A stretch of DNA of 64,000 nt. Origin: Planctomycetota bacterium. GTDB lineage: Bacteria > Planctomycetota > JAJSAM01 > JAJVHW01. Shown piece after piece: positions 58,839-64,000 of this stretch. The stretch is taken from positions 384,001-448,000 of the forward strand of contig CBDFJG010000004.1 of assembly GCA_965248445.1 (NCBI GenBank), written 5' to 3'. Position numbers and translations under genes: made by a program. Positions within the stretch are counted from its first letter, which is position 1, and every line of letters starts with the position of its first letter. Under the pieces are notes generated by a model. It searched no databases. It saw only the letters and a program-made list of their open reading frames with translations, and had not been told where the DNA came from.

Positions 58839-60578
58839 GTGCAGACGTTCGCCGACTCCGTCCGTGACCTGGTGCGCCGCGCTCTCGAGCTGCCGGCGGA
58901 CGCGGAGGTCGTGGTCTCACCGCCTCGTCGTACCGAAATGGGGGACCTGGCTGCGCCGATGTTCCCGTACGCGAAGACCCTGCGGTCCAAGCCGGCGGAG
59001 CTCGCGCAGCGAGTCGTCGATGCGTTCGCGCCCGGGGATGGGCTCGCTTCCGTGGAGGCCGCCGGACCGTTCGTGAACGTCCGGCTGGACCGCGGCGCGT
59101 TCTTCGATCAAGTGCTCGCCGAGGTGGCTGCGCGTGGCGCCGAGTACGGACACGCGGGGGAGCCGGACCTGCGTGACGATGGCGAGCAGTCCACCTACGT
59201 CATCGACTTCTCCTCGCCGAACATCAGCAAGCACCTCGCGTACCACCATCTCCGCTCGACCATGATCGGGAACGCGCTCTGCCGCATCCACCGCGCGCTC
59301 GGCCGCCGCGTCGTCGGACTGAACTTCGTCGGCGACTGGGGCACGACGCACGGCATGCTGATCGCCGCGTGGAAGAAGTGGGGTGAGTCCGAGGGCATCG
59401 ACCTCTCGCACGACGGTGTGACCGCGCTGAACGAGCTGTACGTCAGGTTCCGTGCAGCGATGGAAGACGACCCGTCGCTCGACGCGGACGCCCGCGAGTG
59501 GTTCGGGAAGCTCGAGCGGGGCGACGCGGAGGCGCGCGCGCTGTGGTCCCGCTTCCGCGAGATCTCGCTGGCCGAATTCGAGGACGTGTACGCACGTCTC
59601 GGCGTGCAGTTCGACGCGGTGTATGGCGAGTCATTCTACGAAGACCGCATGGAGCCCGTCATCCAGGAGCTCGACGACAAGGGTCTGACGTCGATGAGTG
59701 ACGGTGCGCTTGTCGTCGACCTGGAAGACGAGAAGATGCCGCCGTGCCTCCTTCGCAAGAAGGACGGCGCCACTCTCTACGCCACGCGCGACATCGCGTC
59801 CGTCGTGCACCGCTTCGACAAGTGGGGCATGGACCACGCGCTGTACGTGGTCGACAAGGGGCAGTCACTGCACTTCAAGCAGTGGTTCGCCGTGGCGCGG
59901 AAGGCCGGCTACCCGTTCGCGGGAGCCCTCGAGCACGTGTCGTTCGGGCAAATCCGGTTCGGTGGAGGGAAGACGTCCTCGCGCAAGGGCAACGTTGTCC
60001 TGTTGCACGAGGTGCTCGACCGCGCGGCCGAGGAGATCGAGGCGGTGATCGCGGAGAAGAACTCCGACATGCCCGCAGAACAGCGGCAGGACGTCGCGCG
60101 ACAGGTCGGTTACGGCGCGATCGTGTTCGCCGACCTCTCTCGCGAGCGGCAGCGGGACGTCGATTTCGACTGGGACCGGTTGCTCTCGTTCGAAGGCGAC
60201 ACCGGGCCGTACTGCCAGTACCAGCACGCGCGCATCGCGAGCATCGTGCGCAAGGCGGGCGTCGATCTCGCGGGAGCCAGTCCGGAGCACCTCGGCACCG
60301 AAGAGGAGTGGCAGGTAGCGCTGCACCTCGCGCGCCTCCCGGAGGTCGTCGGAAAGGCCGGCGACAAGAACGAGCCGCACTGGATCGCCAGCTGGGCGCT
60401 CGATCTCTGCCGTGCGTTCAGCAGCTGGTACGCGGCGGGAAGCCGGGATGCGTCGCTGAAGGTCAACTGCGCGGACGAGGACGTTGCGCGCGCGCGACTG
60501 GCGCTGGCGCGCTCGGTGCAGCAGGCCCTCGCCAACGCGCTCGACCTGCTCGGGCTCGCAGCGCCACAGGAGATGTGA
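58839..60578 (+). CDS. argS: Arginine--tRNA ligase
   Basis: DFSSPNI.K.L..HHLRST, GDWG, GESFY, LYATRD, GDTGPY.QY.HAR. Confidence 0.96.
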   Translation: MQTFADSVRDLVRRALELPADAEVVVSPPRRTEMGDLAAPMFPYAKTLRSKPAELAQRVVDAFAPGDGLASVEAAGPFVNVRLDRGAFFDQVLAEVAARGAEYGHAGEPDLRDDGEQSTYVIDFSSPNISKHLAYHHLRSTMIGNALCRIHRALGRRVVGLNFVGDWGTTHGMLIAAWKKWGESEGIDLSHDGVTALNELYVRFRAAMEDDPSLDADAREWFGKLERGDAEARALWSRFREISLAEFEDVYARLGVQFDAVYGESFYEDRMEPVIQELDDKGLTSMSDGALVVDLEDEKMPPCLLRKKDGATLYATRDIASVVHRFDKWGMDHALYVVDKGQSLHFKQWFAVARKAGYPFAGALEHVSFGQIRFGGGKTSSRKGNVVLLHEVLDRAAEEIEAVIAEKNSDMPAEQRQDVARQVGYGAIVFADLSRERQRDVDFDWDRLLSFEGDTGPYCQYQHARIASIVRKAGVDLAGASPEHLGTEEEWQVALHLARLPEVVGKAGDKNEPHWIASWALDLCRAFSSWYAAGSRDASLKVNCADEDVARARLALARSVQQALANALDLLGLAAPQEM

Positions 60579-60582
60579 GCCG

Positions 60583-61119
60583 GTGAGCGATGCGTTCGAG
60601 ATCCTCGGCGAGAACCAGGTCCTCGATCACCCCTACCTGAAGCTATCCGTCATCACTGCCCGCGATCCGCGGGGGAACGAGTTCGACGCGCTGCTCGGCA
60701 CGGGACCGGATCTGGTCTACATCGTGCCCCTCTGGCCGGACGACACCGTCACTCTGATCCGTACGCATCGGATTGGTTTCGAGAAGACGTGCATCGAGGT
60801 GCCCGGAGGTCACGTGAACAGTGAAGAAGCGCTGCGCAACGCTGCGCTCCGCGAGCTGCGCGAAGAGACCGGGCTCGAGGCCGCAGAGGTGACGCCGCTG
60901 TTCACCTGCATGCTCTCGGGCAAGATCCAGCAACACGTGCACCTGTTCGTCGCAGAGAACCTGACACCGGGCGAGCAGCAGCTCGACACCGGAGAGGAGC
61001 TCGTACCTCTCCGCATGCCGTTCGTCGAGGCGCTCCGCCTGGCGACGAGCGGAGAGATCCAGCAGGGCATGTCGGTGCTCGCGCTGCTCGCTGCAGCGCG
61101 CCACATCGAGGGCTCGTGA
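60583..61119 (+). CDS. NUDIX hydrolase (ADP-ribose pyrophosphatase-like)
   Basis: EVPGGH...E....AALRELREETG. Confidence 0.88.
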   Translation: MSDAFEILGENQVLDHPYLKLSVITARDPRGNEFDALLGTGPDLVYIVPLWPDDTVTLIRTHRIGFEKTCIEVPGGHVNSEEALRNAALRELREETGLEAAEVTPLFTCMLSGKIQQHVHLFVAENLTPGEQQLDTGEELVPLRMPFVEALRLATSGEIQQGMSVLALLAAARHIEGS

Positions 61120-61168
61120 TCGCGAGGATCCACCCCGGCCCGCGCACGTGGTCGCGGCTACCCGGCAG

Positions 61169-62230
61169 TCAGTCGCGCGGGTCGATGCGCGTGTTCTGGC
61201 GGGGGTCGCCGCCTTCTTCGAGCGCGGCGATGCGGCGCCGCAGCGCCTTCAGCTCTTCGCGCAGCTCGGGAAGGTGCTTGCCCGCCGCGTGCATGCGCTT
61301 CCAGAGCGACATCGGCACGTTCGGAGCGCCCGCGGTGACCTCGCCCTTCGGGACGTCGCGGAGCACGGCGGACTGCGCGGCCGCCGAGGATCCCTGGCCC
61401 ATGCGTAGGTGTCCGCCCACGCCGGCCTGTCCGGCCAGCACGACGTAATCCTCGAGCACGCTGCTGCCGGCGATGCCCGACTGCCCGCACAGCAGGACGC
61501 TGCGCCCGAGTTGGGTGTTGTGGCCGACCATCACGAGGTTGTCGATCTTGGTGTTGTCGCCGACGCGGGTCGGCGCGAGGGCTCCGGCGTCGACACAGGA
61601 CCCGGCGCCGATCTCGACGTCGTCTCCGATCTCGACACCCCCGATCTGCGGGATCTTGACGTGCTTGCCGTCCACGAGCGTGAACCCGAAGCCGTCGGCG
61701 CCGATCACGACGCCCGAGTGCAGGATGCAGTCTGCGCCGATCGTGACGCGCGAGTAGACGACGACCCGCGGGTGCAGTCGCGTGCGGTCTCCGAGCCTGC
61801 TGCCCGCGGCCACGACCGATCCGGCGCCGACGATGACGTCATCGCCGAGCGTCGCACCGGCTCCGACCACGGCGAACTGTCCGACGGAGACGCGCTCACC
61901 GAGCACTGCATCGGGGCTGACGTCCGCATGGGCGGAGATTCCCGGCTCGATCGCGGGTTCCGGTTCGAACAGAGCGATCGCCACCGCCATGGCCGCGCGG
62001 GGGTTCGCGTGGTGGATCACGTCGCGACCGTCCGCGTCGGCGCCCTCCGGGAGGATGGCAGCGCCGGCCGAGGACTCCTCGAACTTCGAGATCAGCCGCG
62101 GCACGGCGACGAACGTCAGGTCGCTCTCGCCGGCGGCCTCGAGCGACGCCACCCCGGCGAGCACACGTGAGCCGTCTCCGGCGAGACGACCCCCGACGCG
62201 CGCGGCGATCTCAGCGAGCGTGAACGGCAT
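61169..62230 (-). CDS. lpxD: UDP-3-O-acyl-glucosamine N-acyltransferase
   Basis: Hexapeptide repeats, GADGFGF, KIPQIG, KIDNLV..GHN. Confidence 0.95.
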   Translation of the reverse strand: MPFTLAEIAARVGGRLAGDGSRVLAGVASLEAAGESDLTFVAVPRLISKFEESSAGAAILPEGADADGRDVIHHANPRAAMAVAIALFEPEPAIEPGISAHADVSPDAVLGERVSVGQFAVVGAGATLGDDVIVGAGSVVAAGSRLGDRTRLHPRVVVYSRVTIGADCILHSGVVIGADGFGFTLVDGKHVKIPQIGGVEIGDDVEIGAGSCVDAGALAPTRVGDNTKIDNLVMVGHNTQLGRSVLLCGQSGIAGSSVLEDYVVLAGQAGVGGHLRMGQGSSAAAQSAVLRDVPKGEVTAGAPNVPMSLWKRMHAAGKHLPELREELKALRRRIAALEEGGDPRQNTRIDPRD

Positions 62231-62326
62231 GCGCGGAGTGTGCCATCCCCTCTCGCGCGGCGGGACGAGGTATCCGGGCGTGTGTTCCGGTCCGGGCTCG
62301 CGCCCTGCGAGTAGTCTCTTCGGCCG

Positions 62327-62983
62327 ATGGACGAAGCCTCGGCGCCGCCGACCTCTGCAGTCTCGCCCGCTCCCGACGCCCCGACGCCGGTGAGAGAGAG
62401 ACTCTGCCCGTGCGGTGCGACCGCTCCGTCGCTTCTACCGTTCCCGGGGCAGCGCCCGCGCAAGTGCGAGGAGTGCGGCACACCGCTCGTCCGCCGCCGC
62501 GGCGAGCAGTGCGGCAGCACCTTCGACCGCGCGCTCGGCGGGGCGCTGGTGGCAGGCACTCTGGGCGCACTCGTCTGGATGTTCGCAGCCCGCGCCACCG
62601 GCACCGGGGCGCACTGGGTGTTGCCGGTGCTGGGCGCCCTGGCCGGCGGTGCGGCGTGGGCAGCGGCCGGGGAGCGGGGTGGCCGCGTGCAGTGGGCAGC
62701 GGTGGCGGGCCTGTTCGTTGCCGCCGTCGTCGGTGAGGTGTTGCTGTATCGCGCGGCGTTGTTGCAGCGGCTCGTCCGGATGCACGAAGACGAGGGCGCT
62801 TCCGACGCCGCGGCGAGCGCTGCCGAAGAGTTCGAGGAGATGCGAGTGGCGGAGTACCTGCACATCGAGCTGTCGCTCGGTCTGCTCGCTGGCTTGGCCG
62901 CGGCGACAGTCATCGCGTGGTGGATCACGCGCGCACCGGCAGCGATCGTCGCGTTCGAACGCCCGGACGCCGCCCCAGACTAG
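62327..62983 (+). CDS. Zn-ribbon membrane protein
   Basis: CPCG...CEECG plus four hydrophobic segments. Confidence 0.7.
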   Translation: MDEASAPPTSAVSPAPDAPTPVRERLCPCGATAPSLLPFPGQRPRKCEECGTPLVRRRGEQCGSTFDRALGGALVAGTLGALVWMFAARATGTGAHWVLPVLGALAGGAAWAAAGERGGRVQWAAVAGLFVAAVVGEVLLYRAALLQRLVRMHEDEGASDAAASAAEEFEEMRVAEYLHIELSLGLLAGLAAATVIAWWITRAPAAIVAFERPDAAPD

Positions 62984-63026
62984 GAATTGACACGACTAGG
63001 AACCGACGCGACTAGGAACGGACTAG
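62978..63026. repeat. Short tandem GACTAG(GAA) repeats
   Basis: GACTAG at 62978, 62994, 63010 and 63021. Confidence 0.7.
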
Positions 63027-64000
63027 CGGCGCGGCTTTTTCTTGCCGTCGTCCTCTTCGGGATCGGGAGGCGCGGTACCGATCGCGTACTCCACGAACTG
63101 CTCGATGTCGGGCTCGTTCAGGTTGGTGATGTCGCGCCAATCGAGGATGCGCAGCTGATAGCTGCGACCGTGCTTCTGCGCCTCGTACCAGATCCACTCC
63201 GCTGCGCGCACGTTGCGCCCGCTCATGGTGCCGGCTACCTCCCAGTGCCAGATCTGGGGGCCCTTCTTCTTCTTTCGCTTCTTCTTCTTTTTCTTCTTCT
63301 TGCCGTCTTCCTCGGCGGCCGGCGGGTTCGGGTCGACGAGGTGTGCCTCGATCTCACCGGCGACGTCCGACATCTTCACCTTCTCCGCTTCGAAGCGGCC
63401 CTCGGAGATCTCGTCGAGCTTCGCCCAGCCCTTGCTGCGCCAGCTCTGCCCGTGCTCCCAGAGCTTGAGCATCACCTGCACGGCGGTGTCATCGTCGCCG
63501 ATCTTCACGCTCCAGATGAGCGGCCAGTCCCTCGTGCTCTTCTCGACCTTCCAGCCGGTCGCGCGGGGCACGCGAAGCTTCAGTCCGTCGATTTGGTCCT
63601 TCTTGGGGATCTCGTCCATGAAGACGCGCGGCAAGCCCTCGGTCACGCCGGCGTTCCGCGCCTTGCGCAGCGCGATCACGTGCGTCGTGTATGCGGAGTC
63701 GGGGGCGCCCTTCTGCTCACACGCTTTCGTCGCGAAACTGACGGCGTTCGCGAGGGCTTCATCGTCGCGCTTCTCTTCCTCGAGAGGACGGTGCTCGCCG
63801 ACGAAGGCAGCAAGCGTCATGCAGATCTCCGCGGCGCGGCCGTACGCCTTGCCGGGTGAGTCCGCGCCGTCGGCGCACGAGGCGATGAGGTCGGCGCCGC
63901 GGTTGTAGTCGGCAACGATCTGATCGAAGTCCTCGACCGGGTGGCTCTTCTCGGCGCGCATCGCGTACGCGTCGGCGAGTCCGGTGCGCACGCCCGGCGA
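63023..64000 (-). CDS. Hypothetical protein, 3' part (begins beyond the window), with poly-Lys tract
   Basis: Long open frame with GC3-biased codons; KKKKKKKKRKKKK. Confidence 0.7.
   Translation of the reverse strand, partial: SPGVRTGLADAYAMRAEKSHPVEDFDQIVADYNRGADLIASCADGADSPGKAYGRAAEICMTLAAFVGEHRPLEEEKRDDEALANAVSFATKACEQKGAPDSAYTTHVIALRKARNAGVTEGLPRVFMDEIPKKDQIDGLKLRVPRATGWKVEKSTRDWPLIWSVKIGDDDTAVQVMLKLWEHGQSWRSKGWAKLDEISEGRFEAEKVKMSDVAGEIEAHLVDPNPPAAEEDGKKKKKKKKRKKKKGPQIWHWEVAGTMSGRNVRAAEWIWYEAQKHGRSYQLRILDWRDITNLNEPDIEQFVEYAIGTAPPDPEEDDGKKKPRR

Noticed and set aside
62978..63026. CRISPR array
   Set aside because: Repeats are 6-9 bp with spacers of 7 bp or less; no cas genes.

Overview
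High-GC bacterial chromosome segment, probably a diderm Planctomycetota-like organism. This is inferred from the L28 signature, HEAT-repeat lipoproteins, carboxypeptidase-regulatory-like, CAP and FHA proteins, and lpxD; no taxonomic search was run. The backbone carries uvrD/pcrA, rpmB, ybeY, phoH, cdsA, uppS, purA, carA, larB-like, tsaD, rsmA, argS and lpxD, plus Ser/Thr phospho-signalling genes (two kinases, two PP2C phosphatases, two FHA proteins including a sigma54 activator). Accessory DNA comprises: a secreted PGRS-like Gly-rich protein and a degraded prophage with integrase and excisionase (about 0-6.6 kb); an arsR-arsI islet; a CTAG-flanked MITE; a composite structured repeat family linked to GTAG-type REPs; and a hot spot at 48.5-55.6 kb. 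In that hot spot an IS66 with no target duplication joins a 5'-truncated dprA to a 3'-truncated beta-helix gene, which is also split by an IS1595. The most novel signal is in the IS1595: both ends carry a symmetrically placed NrdR-box-like palindrome, one lying over the transposase's own -35/-10 promoter. This suggests transposition gated by the host dNTP sensor (hypothesis only). At least 11 genes have a TANNNT box 6-7 nt before the start codon with no evident SD, implying widespread leaderless expression. All family assignments come from motif recognition by eye, not database searches.
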